Below, piece by piece: positions 25,530 through 37,287 of a stretch of 64,000 nt of DNA. Numbering within the stretch: the stretch's first letter is position 1; each line of letters begins with the position of its first letter. Position numbers and translations under genes: made by a program. The stretch spans positions 355,570,001-355,634,000 of the forward strand of contig OZ024743.1 in NCBI GenBank assembly GCA_964016885.1. Direction: 5' to 3'. Under the pieces are notes generated by a model, which was given only the letters and a program-made list of their open reading frames with translations, searched no databases and had not been told where the DNA came from. This DNA comes from Eledone cirrhosa. Lineage: Eukaryota.

Positions 25530-26262
25530 TATATCAAATAAAAAATACGAGGAAATAGTAGGCAACAATATACGTATTTTTTCTTCAAAGTCCTGACTGC
25601 ATTTTCGCCGAATCCGTTTGCAGCAATTTATGCACCACAAAAGTGCACCATCGCTGTGAGGTTGATAATGCTTATCAAGAGACTCCTCAAAAAGCATTGT
25701 TTCTTGACGCGTTCGTAACAAGTGAGAAATTCTCGAGAGGCGAAGAGAGAAATTAACACGTGATACATGGTCACAGAAGGGTAGTAAAGGTGGACAATAA
25801 GTGAGTACCGTATTTGCTAGAAAAAGCCGACAACACACGCCTGGTTAACTCGACTATAGGAGAGTTTGGGACAATATAATAATAATATACACACACACAT
25901 ATTCATATGTATATGTGTGTGTGTGATGTCCGCCTTAGCAAGTTTTGCTCGATGACCGAAAGTGTTAAAATAATCAAAAGTATTAGAACAATTCAATAAT
26001 CCAAGCTATTTATCAAATTAAAAATATGAGGAAATAATAGAAAAAAATATACCTATTTTTTCTTCAAAGTCCCCACTGCAGTTTCGCCGAATCAGTTTGC
26101 AGCAATTTATGTACTATAGAAGTGCACCATCACTGTGAGGTTGATAAGGTTTATCAAGAGACCCCTCAAAAGTCGCCTATGGTCGAATTAACCAGGTGTG
26201 TCCTAACTGCTTTTTCTAGCAAATACAGTACACGCCTATTGTCCACCTTTACTGCCCGTGAC
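25530..26262. repeat. Duplicated unclassified repeat with one direct and one inverted segment
   Basis: 25533-25692 is repeated directly at ~26012-26172; 25770-25860 recurs inverted at ~26176-26262. Confidence 0.7.
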
Positions 26263-26264
26263 TC

Positions 26265-26820
26265 TCGGTGACTGATGGGGAGTGCTGCGAAAGGTCGATA
26301 ATAGCAGCCGAAATTCGGGAAGCCCTGGCCAATTGTACAATGAGGAAATCTCCCGGTTCGGATGAGTTTTACGTAAATATGCTAGGCTTGTACTCCAATC
26401 TACTTGAAGCAGTCTACTGCGACTGGCAACAGAAGGGGGTATTTCAAGTTCTGTGAGTCGAAGCATAGTAACACTAATGATAGACAAGAACAAAAAGGAC
26501 GTCATTGATAATTTCTGATCCATAACTCTGCTAAACACAGAATTTAAGATTTTAGCCAAGGTGCCAGCAATGATGATGGCGCTTGTTGTCCAGACCCTAG
26601 TAGGGGAAGCACGAACGTGTGCAATCCCGTCCATGTCCATGCAACACAACTTCCATCCCATGCGATACATCATAGAGAAAGTAGGGAATAAACCTGGCTT
26701 TGATAGTGTTCGGAAATTGAGGTGGTCGGCAATTTCTTAGAGGAATATGAAAAGTTAACAGGAACAATAATCAATCCAGAAAAATGGGTGGGTTGAGAGG
26801 TAGGCACCTGGAGAGGCAAA
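26265..26820 (+). pseudogene. Tx1 RT relic
   Basis: ECCERSIIAAEIREAL..KSPG, ITLLNTEFKILAK and GTWRGK match Tx1 ORF2 elsewhere in the window. Confidence 0.75.
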
Positions 26821-27084
26821 TACAATATTGTGCATAATTCAAAGACCACCCCAATAATTTTATTAGGTTGAGTTGATATTGAACAAGAAACAGTTATTAG
26901 ATAAAAATGGTATATTAGTACAAACATTATGCTACAAATTGTCAATTTCAAATTAGTACTTTGTATGATGATGACCTTTAGCAGCAATTCTGCAAGGTAC
27001 TGGTTCCACCAATGAGGCACAATATTCAGGAGTAATGTGTTCTGCCTATACAGTAAATATTTTTTTTTTTTTTTGGTAAATCAG

Positions 27085-27660
27085 TAATTGAGCTGGGATT
27101 TAGCTGGGCAACTTTGTCTTTCATCAATTCCTAACAGCTCAATTGGGTTTAAATCAGGACTTAAACCTATCCAAGGTGTCAGCACTTCAATATCAGATTC
27201 TCGGAAAAATTGGCTAATGGTTTTTTTCCCTATGGCAAGGAGCATCATCTCGTTGATATATCTTGCAACCATGCCTTTCTATCTATAACGGGACCTTTTC
27301 TCGTATAATTTCCAAATACATGTTCGCACTTACAGTCTTTCCTGCTGGCATTATGGCCAGTGCAACTCGTCCCTTTATGCTTATTGATCCCCAGAACATT
27401 AATGATTGTGAATATTTAAATGTTGCTTTGACATAACGAGAATTATAACGCTGTCGAGGTGGTTTCTTACATAGTGATTATAAGGGGCAAATTGTCTAAT
27501 TAATGTTACATCTCTAAACATTACCCCATCCCATTGAACAGCAGTCCAGTGACGTTAAGTGTTGCAGAACAACAGACGGTCATTGCTTTTATTTGAAGGT
27601 TGAGGCTTGGCAGCTGGTTCAAAAGTCCGAAGATTAAATAATAGATCCCTCGATCCCTGA
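27085..27660 (-). pseudogene. Tc1/mariner transposase relic
   Basis: SPDLNPIE motif, LMFWGSIS and HWT..QW..VMF pieces on the minus strand. Confidence 0.7.
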
Positions 27661-27789
27661 AGAGACTCGTTGATTCATTTTTCATTGATACATATAGTAA
27701 GGAAATAAAATGACTTTAATAATACCAGTTATATGAAAATTAATTAATCCAATATTTCGGTATTAATGAACCCTAATTCTAAATCGAAA

Positions 27790-28860
27790 CTGATGAAATG
27801 AGCAGTAAAGGATAAGCACTTCTATCGCCCTCATTTGCAAGGAGCTGAGCTTTTTTCGGATCAGAATTACGATACTCATTGTACCTTAACTTCAATTCGC
27901 AAAGAAGTCGTTTCCTATATAATAGAGTTACCGCTTTGAGATTCTTTGATTTTCCGTATGCATTATATGATCTGCCCACGTCAGTCTAATACATTGCAAG
28001 AGAGATTCCATGTTTATAATATTTGCTTACTTAAAAACTTCAACTTTACTCACAAATCTCTCCAGTACATATGCAAAATTTGTCAAAGACACTTTTGCTG
28101 ATAACTCTCCAACTGTTCAACAAATTTTGAATATATTGTCGACTAAGCAACGAAACAACCAAAATGTAAATTTTGAAAATAGAAGTTTAGTATAAATTTT
28201 CATGTATCGCTGAGACAATTATCATGACTTCCAATTTTGTCAACTGGATTTTCATCAAAACTGCCTAAGTATTTGAAGGAAGATATATTATTCACATTTT
28301 TACTGTACACCATTATCTTAGGTTCCATACATGGTTTTCTCGGGTAAGACTGATAAAAAAGCAAGAATTTTATCAAAATTTATTGTGAAGTCTAACATAA
28401 TACGCGTCAAGGAATTTTTATCCATAAGACTTTCAAGATCGTTTTCATTATATGCAGCAATAATGCCACCATCGGCATACAATGTCTCTTATCAGATACA
28501 GAAGTATGTGATTTAGAGTTGAGCTATTTCAGATTGAATAACTTACAGGTCATGTACGACTATAAATACCCTTAAAGCAATCTGTGCAAGCGAATGAAAG
28601 CATTGTGAAGTGTATGGTAAATAAAGGGGGAGATTTTATATCCCCCTGTTTTACATTAAGACGAATTGAAAATGGGGTTCTGCATTCTTCACTAATTACA
28701 ATATGCGATATCATATCATCGTGAAAGGCTTGGTAGCATTTATTAGGGAAACCAAGTTTTCTGGGAGATGCCATGATACCCGATGATTCGTAGAATCAAA
28801 GGCTTTAGTAAGGTCAAGGAAACAATGATAAAAACTAGGTAGCTGTTCAAGGTATTTTGT
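27790..28860 (-). pseudogene. RTE (BovB-like) LINE RT relic
   Basis: FLDLTKAFDS, LGFPNK, VKQGD..SPPLF and YADG remnants. Confidence 0.65.
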
Positions 28861-29207
28861 TTTTATATACTATACATTATATTATACATACATTCATGTA
28901 TACAACGCTATTTCAGAGCACCAATACAAATACCAATTTTTTTTTCTGTGCTGGACCGGCAACCGCTCTGTTTAATCAGTTCTTAAATATTACTGGAATT
29001 CTATAAGAATCCAGAAGCAAGGGAGTGAGTGGTCTTGCTAAACGCTAACGAGCGAGAAACAGCTGTCGACCATTCTCCTTTGCTTTTGCCGAGAATAAGT
29101 GACATAGCCACTACTTCAAAACTCATAGCGAATGGTCTTCAAATTGTTTTTAATTAAACATACAGTATATTGCCAAATATACTATACATATATTCATATA
29201 TATATGT

Positions 29208-29308
<101 letters not shown>

Positions 29309-29336
29309 ACATACATATATATACATATATATATAC

Positions 29337-29812
<476 letters not shown>

Positions 29813-29829
29813 TATATATATATTCCATA

Positions 29830-29917
<88 letters not shown>

Positions 29918-30068
29918 ATACTTTGGGAGGGTCATGTTGCCAATAAGAAACACACGCACCAGTTTCTTTCACTCTAATTTATTATAAATTAAATTATAAA
30001 TTTAAAAATGTATAAATTTCCGGTTGGTTCGTTGGTTGGTTCCACAACCGGACGGTTGTTCATATATT

Positions 30069-30111
30069 GTCAAATTTCTTTCGTCACACATTTTGTGACC
30101 TCTTCAGTGAC
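30069..30111 (-). ncRNA. Hammerhead ribozyme motif (left arm)
   Basis: Reverse complement reads GTCA-CTGAAGA-G GTCACA AAATG TGTGAC-GAAA-GAAA-TT^TGAC. Confidence 0.65.
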
Positions 30112-30234
30112 TAGGGATTATTTTCTTTGTTTTGTGCCTCTCCTTTGTTCTGTCCTACGCCATCTTGTTTTTCAAAAACAAGATGGCGTAGGACAGAACA
30201 AAGGAGAGGCACAAAACAAAGAAAATAATCCCCA

Positions 30235-30277
30235 GTCACTGAAGAGGTCACAAAATGTGTGACGAAAGAACTTTGAC
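30235..30277 (+). ncRNA. Hammerhead ribozyme motif (right arm)
   Basis: GTCA-CTGAAGA-G GTCACA AAATG TGTGAC-GAAA-GAAC-TT^TGAC; stem I GTCA/TGAC; one extra G before stem II. Confidence 0.72.
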
Positions 30278-30484
30278 AATATATGAACAACCGTCCGGTT
30301 GTGGAACCAATCAACCAACCGGAAATTTATAAATATTTAAATTTATAATTTGATTTATAATAAATTGGAGTGGAAGTAACTGTTGCGTGTGTTTCTTATT
30401 GGCAACATGACCCTCCCAAAGTATAACAATATCGGTTTCAACACACGTTTTCAGATAAAGAATCTTACTAAACAAATTCAGAAA

Positions 30485-30560
<76 letters not shown>

Positions 30561-30664
30561 AGTATATTTACCGACATATGCGTACAGATGTACACTAATG
30601 CTAGCAAATACATAAGTTATGTCATAGTACCTAGGAGGTTCAATGCAGGAGGATGCAGAACAAT

Positions 30665-31080
30665 TATATGAAAGACGTAAAATAAGAAAATTTTAAAAAT
30701 TAAAAATTAACTTACTTACTAAAATTTTCACTCCAACTAATTACTTTCTGTAATGGGATAAAGATAGTTACGCAATGTAACTGTCGAGAATTCATTACTT
30801 CATCAGGGAGTCTATTCTCAGCTAAGTCTCCAGGCAATGCGCGGACACTAGGGACTCATATAAAAATAACAATAATTCGGTGGATGGAACAGCTAGCGGG
30901 GACGGAATTCCAAAGCACTGAAAAAGTTCGCTGTCTCTGGTCAAATGGCAGATTCTAAAGAATCAATCACGTGACACTGAGGCTAACTATCTTTATCCCA
31001 TTACAGAAACTAATTAGTTGGAGTGAAAATTTTAGTAAGTAAGTTAAATTTTGATTTTTAAAATGTTCTTATTTTACGTC

Positions 31081-31089
<9 letters not shown>
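30665..31089. mobile_element. Element with ~105 bp inverted arms and a ~210 bp spacer (MITE or PLE fold-back)
   Basis: 30665-30770 is the inverse of 30984-31089; ends in (TA)n. Confidence 0.65.
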
Positions 31090-31127
<38 letters not shown>

Positions 31128-31630
31128 TAAATAGTGTAGGAGAGTGAAGTTAGAGAAAGAAACAGAGATAGCAAGAGATAAATAGACATGGAGGGTGAGA
31201 TGAAGAGTTAAGAGAGATATGAAAAAAAAGGAAAGAGAGAGATATCAGATGAAGGTATGTGATGATAGTGAGAAAGAGAAGTCTATACACGTGTAATGTT
31301 AAACTTTATATAAAAAGACGAAAGAGAAAAGTAAACAGATAAAGATAAAGAAAAAGTAAATGAGAAAAGGAGAGGGATACTTAGGAAGGTGTATGGTCCA
31401 CAAATGCATTATGTTGAATTGTGTAAGGAAGGGAAGTGTAGGGATAAGAGATGGGAAAAATCAAGCATATATATGTGTGTACATAAATTTTGAATATATG
31501 TTGGTTGTTTACCGACACCCTAGTATGCAGATTGGAGCACTCGACGAAGTGCGCAGGTTGGTTTGGTTACTCCGGAGTAATGTAAAATAAAATAAATAAG
31601 TCAAATATTTAAAATTTGTCTTCGTTTATT

Positions 31631-31685
31631 ACTGCTATATATATTTCGGTGACAGCCATCTTTGGCTGTGACCTCTTCAGGCAGT
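31631..31685 (-). ncRNA. Type I hammerhead ribozyme in an orphan pLTR-like fragment
   Basis: Reverse complement reads ACTGC-CTGAAGA-GGT CACAGCC AAAGAT GGCTGTC ACC-GAAA-TATATA-TA^GCAGT; perfect 5-bp stem I. Confidence 0.85.
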
Positions 31686-31836
31686 CCGAATTGGTGTGGT
31701 AGAGACGGGTACACATGTTGTTGAGGTGTTTAACTCCGTCAATACTCCGATATACCCAGTTCCTGGTTGGGTTGTTATTTCTCTGAGGAACTGGAATCAT
31801 ATATTTATTTTATTTTATGTGTGTATATATATATAT

Positions 31837-32059
31837 ATTATAAATATAAGCTATCGCCGTATTTTGACTAAAGAAATTAAAGAAATTATTTAGCCTGATA
31901 GTGGGGTTAAGAACCCTCGGAGAAATGGAAAAAGATGAGTATGGACGTACATGTACGTCCATACTCATCTTTGAAGAAATACTTTAATTTCTTTAGTCAA
32001 AATACGGCGATAGCTTATATTTATAATTTCATACTCGCTCGCTGTTTCGAAAATATTCT

Positions 32060-32063
<4 letters not shown>
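31837..32063. mobile_element. Second fold-back copy of the 29454 SINE-like family, folded just after the tRNA-like head
   Basis: Shares GCCGTATTTTGA, CTGATAGTGGGGTT.AGAACCCTC and the CTCGCTCGCT tail; centre GTACATGTAC at ~31951. Confidence 0.7.
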
Positions 32064-32094
<31 letters not shown>

Positions 32095-32241
32095 GTTAAA
32101 ATACTGGAGCGTGTTGGAGTTAAACACCCTCTTCGTATTATAGAAATAACAGTAAAAGGTATAGCTCTATGTAGTTAAAGAGAGCCGAAAAATTAAGAAA
32201 GTAAAACAAAGAAGCCTTCAATACATCAAAAGTCTTTATTA

Positions 32242-32279
32242 GCCGACAATGTTTCGTCCTATTAAGGACTCATCAGGGC
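32242..32279 (-). ncRNA. Minimal hammerhead ribozyme (Naiad 3' end)
   Basis: Reverse complement reads GCC-CTGATGA-GTCC TTAATA GGAC-GAAA-CATTG-TC^GGC. Confidence 0.88.
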
Positions 32280-34075
32280 AATTAAAACAACAAGAAGTAA
32301 TGTCGGCAGATAGAAGCCGGAAGCTCCGAAGAATATGGAGTGTACATACACTAAAGTATTGCAAGATTATGGGTAAAAATATATAATAAAAATAATAAAA
32401 ATATATAATAAAAATTACTAAGGATGTATATAACATTAAGAACCATATTACAAATATAGTCCAAAGCAAAAAAAACCTAGAGCTAAACAAAGGTGGTTAT
32501 ATAGAGCAGGAATTATATATAATACAATGTAATATAATATATTATACCTTTACCAATATTAAAATTACAATAAAAATCAAAAGGTACAATATGCATATGT
32601 ATATATGTACGCACACGTACACACACATACACATACAACAATACACATATCCATCTTCAACTGCACAAATTAAACCTTATTAAGAGTTTGAATATAAAAA
32701 TAAGCATGATAGGAATGAAAATAATAATAATAATAATACTAATACATCTACCCAATATACATGAGGTAATAATATGATATAATTATAAGTAGCACATATA
32801 ATAAATAATAAACAATACAATTATATACTATATAATATAATATAATAGAATAGATAATCTCCGGTTAATTTACACAAACAATATAGATGTCACAATAATA
32901 CTATAATAATAATATACTAACATTTATAATATACAATATACTAACATTTATAATATACAATATATAATGGTACTCAAGTTAACAAATCAATTCATACTGG
33001 GTTACAGAGTAGGTGAGGAAAAATAAATTGTACAATACCCTAAAAATTATGATGGTACAAAAAAATACAAACATCTTACATGATATATAAAGTTTAACAT
33101 ATCATAATGTTACATATAATCAACGGTAAGTAATAAGGATCAATATTACAAATAAAAAATACAATATAATATAATATATTATATAAAATAAATTAACATA
33201 ATATAATATATAATTACTTATAATTACAAGGTTGGTGAACAGATATGCATGTGGGTGAGTGAGTAAGGGCCAGACAGTAAATATAATGCACAGTAGTATT
33301 ACAAATAAAATATAAAATATAAAATATAGAATAAAATAAATAAATAGAATCAACCGGAAATTAAAAAACAAAAACAAACGTATACATTTAGGTCTCACAT
33401 GCAGTTAAGTAAAAACTAAGGAAACAACCCCTGTAAATGACTCGAAAACCCTATTTGGTAAATTAATATTAAAAATATTTACAATATCCAATAAGGCAGT
33501 ATAATATTAGCTATAGTTTAAGTAATTAAAGTTTATAAACGTTAATATTTCGTTACAAATATTTACAAAAAGGAATGAAATTTTTTACTATCATATACAT
33601 AACGATATCTAAAAAACTGACTTAAGCAGAATTAAGGTAGGCTAATAGGCACAGAAATGAAGAAATATATGGAGGATGCATAGGGGCATAAAATCGTAGT
33701 CGATATACTATATTAAATAATAGAAAGGAGCGTAAAAGAGGGGGGTTTAGATATAATCATAGTCAATTTGGAGGGGTTGATAATAAGTTTATGTGCGCAT
33801 GGGGGGGGGGGTATCCAAAGAAGAATCCGAATAAAAATAAAAATAAAAATTAAAATAAAATAAAATAATTAGCGTAAAATATATAATCTTATATATATTC
33901 ATAAGGTGTTAATAGTGAAAATTTAATGCGTAAGAAGATAGATATGGTACAGTAGCCAAAAGATTATGAGAGCTAGAATAAAGAGTCATCAAAAACCAAT
34001 GATAATAATGATGATAATAATAATGTTGGTAAACAAAAGAACCTAAACTAAAAAATAAGTAATGGAATATATCAG

Positions 34076-36083
34076 CTAATGGGTACAATTTGTTCTACTA
34101 GAACGTTTAGGTTTATAATAAAAGTATGAATTAGAAATAGCGTGGGGGCAAGAAGAGAATATCTCAGACTTTCTATTAAGTAAGGATACGCTAGAGAAAA
34201 TTATAGAGTGTGTCTCGAGGATACAGAGATTACAAAACTTAGTATGTGTAGAAAGGTGGTTAGAGCGTGCTACTAAACGCCAGTTAAGGCTAAATGGTAT
34301 ATTAGCTCCGTTAAGATCCCAGATATAATGTGCTAAAGAAGTAGAATTCTTAAACTTAACATGTTTGAAATTAGAGATATGAGAGTTAAACCTAGTCTTA
34401 AAAGTGTTAGATGTAGAGCCTATATAAGTTCTATTAGAGGAATTAGTTATAACGTCGCAAGCATAGACAATGTTCTTAGAAGGGCAGTTACCGTTTAAAG
34501 GGCAGTTAGCACTCACTCTACAATTGCACTTCCGGGTGTTATTGGTTGGCTCAAGTGGTGATGCATTACACGTAGGATTGCTATTAGATAAGGTCTGTTC
34601 TGGTGGTAATGCATTTCCAGATCTGTTCAGACTAGTAGTATGTAGAGAGGAGAATCCATCCCTAATTTTCCTATTCTTAGTGCTAGCTAAATGAGAACTA
34701 ATATTAGGGGTGGTAGAGAATGAAAGTTTAATAACATTTTTATTAAAAATACTATGGTATTTATGAGAAGGGGGGAAATTTTTCTCTAAGATAGAGAAGA
34801 AAGATCTAGGGATATTAGTTGATACTTCCTGATTATATGGCGGGTTAAAATAAGTATTTAATCGCCTTCTATTTTTATTCTTACCGACTCTACCATTATC
34901 AAATATCCCACCATCGAGACTAGGGTTACTACAAGGATTAGTTAAAACCGCATTCATAGAATCAGCCAAAATTTCATTAAGTCTATTACAGTTTCTACCT
35001 CCAGTAGATCTGCTGCTGTCCGGAATCCCATCAAAAGGATTAGGGCCAATGATAGGATCAGTAGGAGCAACATTATTAGAATAAGATCCAGCAAAACCAT
35101 CACCAATGAGTGAGCGCACAGGGGGTTCAACATGTTTCCTAGAGGTATTATATTCACTATTACGAGTCCCGTGGGTTAACTTATGGATGGATTCAGATAC
35201 ACCTATATAATTTTTACGGTTACTATGTTTCCTACTCCCATTCATGGCCATGTTATGTGATATTATGTTATTATTATTAAAAGTAAGCGGAGACTTTCTA
35301 AGGTTACTATTATTATAATGTATTTTACTAGAGTAACCGGAATTTGCTAGGGCATTATTATAGTACTCCGCATGTTCATTAAATGTTCCTACGTCCTTAG
35401 AGAGTGTGGAAATCCTATTAGATACACCCTTAATTATAGAGCTTATCATAGACTTGGGGTGGTTAGAATTGGGACTAACATAAGAAAGTATTTCATTAGG
35501 CTTATGGAAGGGTTTAAAACTATTAGTGACCAAGTCCAAAGTCACATCTAAAAAGTTAACCGCTCTATCATTGCTATCTATCGTGATCGAAAGGTTATAG
35601 CTTTTAAAAAACTTATAAAGCTTCTTCTAATTATGTTCTACATTGTTGGTGCTCGAGTTAATTACAAACAATGCATCATCACGATATAGTCCGCCTATAA
35701 GTTGCGGGAAGGTAGCATATAGTTCATTAAGGAGGAACAACCCAACAAGATCAGTAACCTGGGCCGAATCACTCGAACCCATTGTAACGTCGAAATTATT
35801 GGGCGTGTTTTTACGGGTCCAAAATGTGTCCTCAAATTTAATAATAGTTTTACGGGCTGCTAGTATAAAATCTACCTGTGATCGTGTGAGGCTGGACACT
35901 CTCATGGCCAACATTAAAGCTTTATTGAGGAGGATGGGTGAAATTGATGTGTAGTAGGCATCAATATCGAATTGGATAAACTTATTAGATTCATGTCTAT
36001 TAATCCCAGAGAACCAATCTGTAACTTCCTTAGTGTTCCCCCATAGGTTAAAATTAACCTTATCCCTAACATCTGGTATAATA
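34076..36083 (-). pseudogene. Naiad RT-GIY-YIG ORF, 5'-truncated, one in-frame TAG at 35627
   Basis: QFDIDAYYTSI, DVTMGS, GLYRDD, NFLDVTLDL, YFNPPY, CNCRVSANCPLNGNC, IVYAC..TYIGST..FKTRFNSH. Confidence 0.88.
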
Positions 36084-36111
36084 ACATAATAATAACATAA
36101 TATCACATAAC

Positions 36112-37287
36112 ATGGCCATGAATGGGAGTAGGAAACATAGTAACCGTAAAAATTATATAGGTGTATCTGAATCCATCCATAAGTTAACCCACGGGACTCG
36201 TAATAGTGAATATAATACCTCTAGGAAACATGTTGAACCCCCTGTGCGCTCACTCATTGGTGATGGTTTTGCTGGATCTTATTCTAATAATGTTGCTCCT
36301 ACTGATCCTATCATTGGCCCTAATCCTTTTGATGGGATTCCGGACAGCAGCAGATCTACTGGAGGTAGAAACTGTAATAGACTTAATGAAATTTTGGCTG
36401 ATTCTATGAATGCGGTTTTAACTAATCCTTGTAGTAACCCTAGTCTCGATGGTGGGATATTTGATAATGGTAGAGTCGGTAAGAATAAAAATAGAAGGCG
36501 ATTAAATACTTATTTTAACCCGCCATATAATCAGGAAGTATCAACTAATATCCCTAGATCTTTCTTCTCTATCTTAGAGAAAAATTTCCCCCCTTCTCAT
36601 AAATACCATAGTATTTTTAATAAAAATGTTATTAAACTTTCATTCTCTACCACCCCTAATATTAGTTCTCATTTAGCTAGCACTAAGAATAGGAAAATTA
36701 GGGATGGATTCTCCTCTCTACATACTACTAGTCTGAACAGATCTGGAAATGCATTACCACCAGAACAGACCTTATCTAATAGCAATCCTACGTGTAATGC
36801 ATCACCACTTGAGCCAACCAATAACACCCGGAAGTGCAATTGTAGAGTGAGTGCTAACTGCCCTTTAAACGGTAACTGCCCTTCTAAGAACATTGTCTAT
36901 GCTTGCGACGTTATAACTAATTCCTCTAATAGAACTTATATAGGCTCTACATCTAACACTTTTAAGACTAGGTTTAACTCTCATATCTCTAATTTCAAAC
37001 ATGTTAAGTTTAAGAATTCTACTTCTTTAGCACATTATATCTGGGATCTTAACGGAGCTAATATACCATTTAGCCTTAACTGGCGTTTAGTAGCACGCTC
37101 TAACCACCTTTCTACACATACTAAGTTTTGTAATCTCTGTATCCTCGAGACACACTCTATAATTTTCTCTAGCGTATCCTTACTTAATAGAAAGTCTGAG
37201 ATATTCTCTTCTTGCCCCCACGCTATTTCTAATTCATACTTTTATTATAAACCTAAACGTTCTAGTAGAACAAATTGTACCCATTAG
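36112..37287 (+). CDS. Open ORF in the inverted arm encoding only the linker and GIY-YIG endonuclease (391 aa)
   Basis: Identical to the C-terminal 391 aa of 34076-35545 and starts at a native ATG; expression unknown. Confidence 0.5.
   Translation: MAMNGSRKHSNRKNYIGVSESIHKLTHGTRNSEYNTSRKHVEPPVRSLIGDGFAGSYSNNVAPTDPIIGPNPFDGIPDSSRSTGGRNCNRLNEILADSMNAVLTNPCSNPSLDGGIFDNGRVGKNKNRRRLNTYFNPPYNQEVSTNIPRSFFSILEKNFPPSHKYHSIFNKNVIKLSFSTTPNISSHLASTKNRKIRDGFSSLHTTSLNRSGNALPPEQTLSNSNPTCNASPLEPTNNTRKCNCRVSANCPLNGNCPSKNIVYACDVITNSSNRTYIGSTSNTFKTRFNSHISNFKHVKFKNSTSLAHYIWDLNGANIPFSLNWRLVARSNHLSTHTKFCNLCILETHSIIFSSVSLLNRKSEIFSSCPHAISNSYFYYKPKRSSRTNCTH

Larger units (their letters stand above)
29910..30487. mobile_element. 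~520 bp near-perfect palindrome with a hammerhead in each arm plus an unpaired tail (non-autonomous PLE-like unit)
   Basis: Arms 29910-30172 and 30174-30432 around a 1-nt loop; tail 30433-30487; (TA)n on both sides. Confidence 0.8.
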
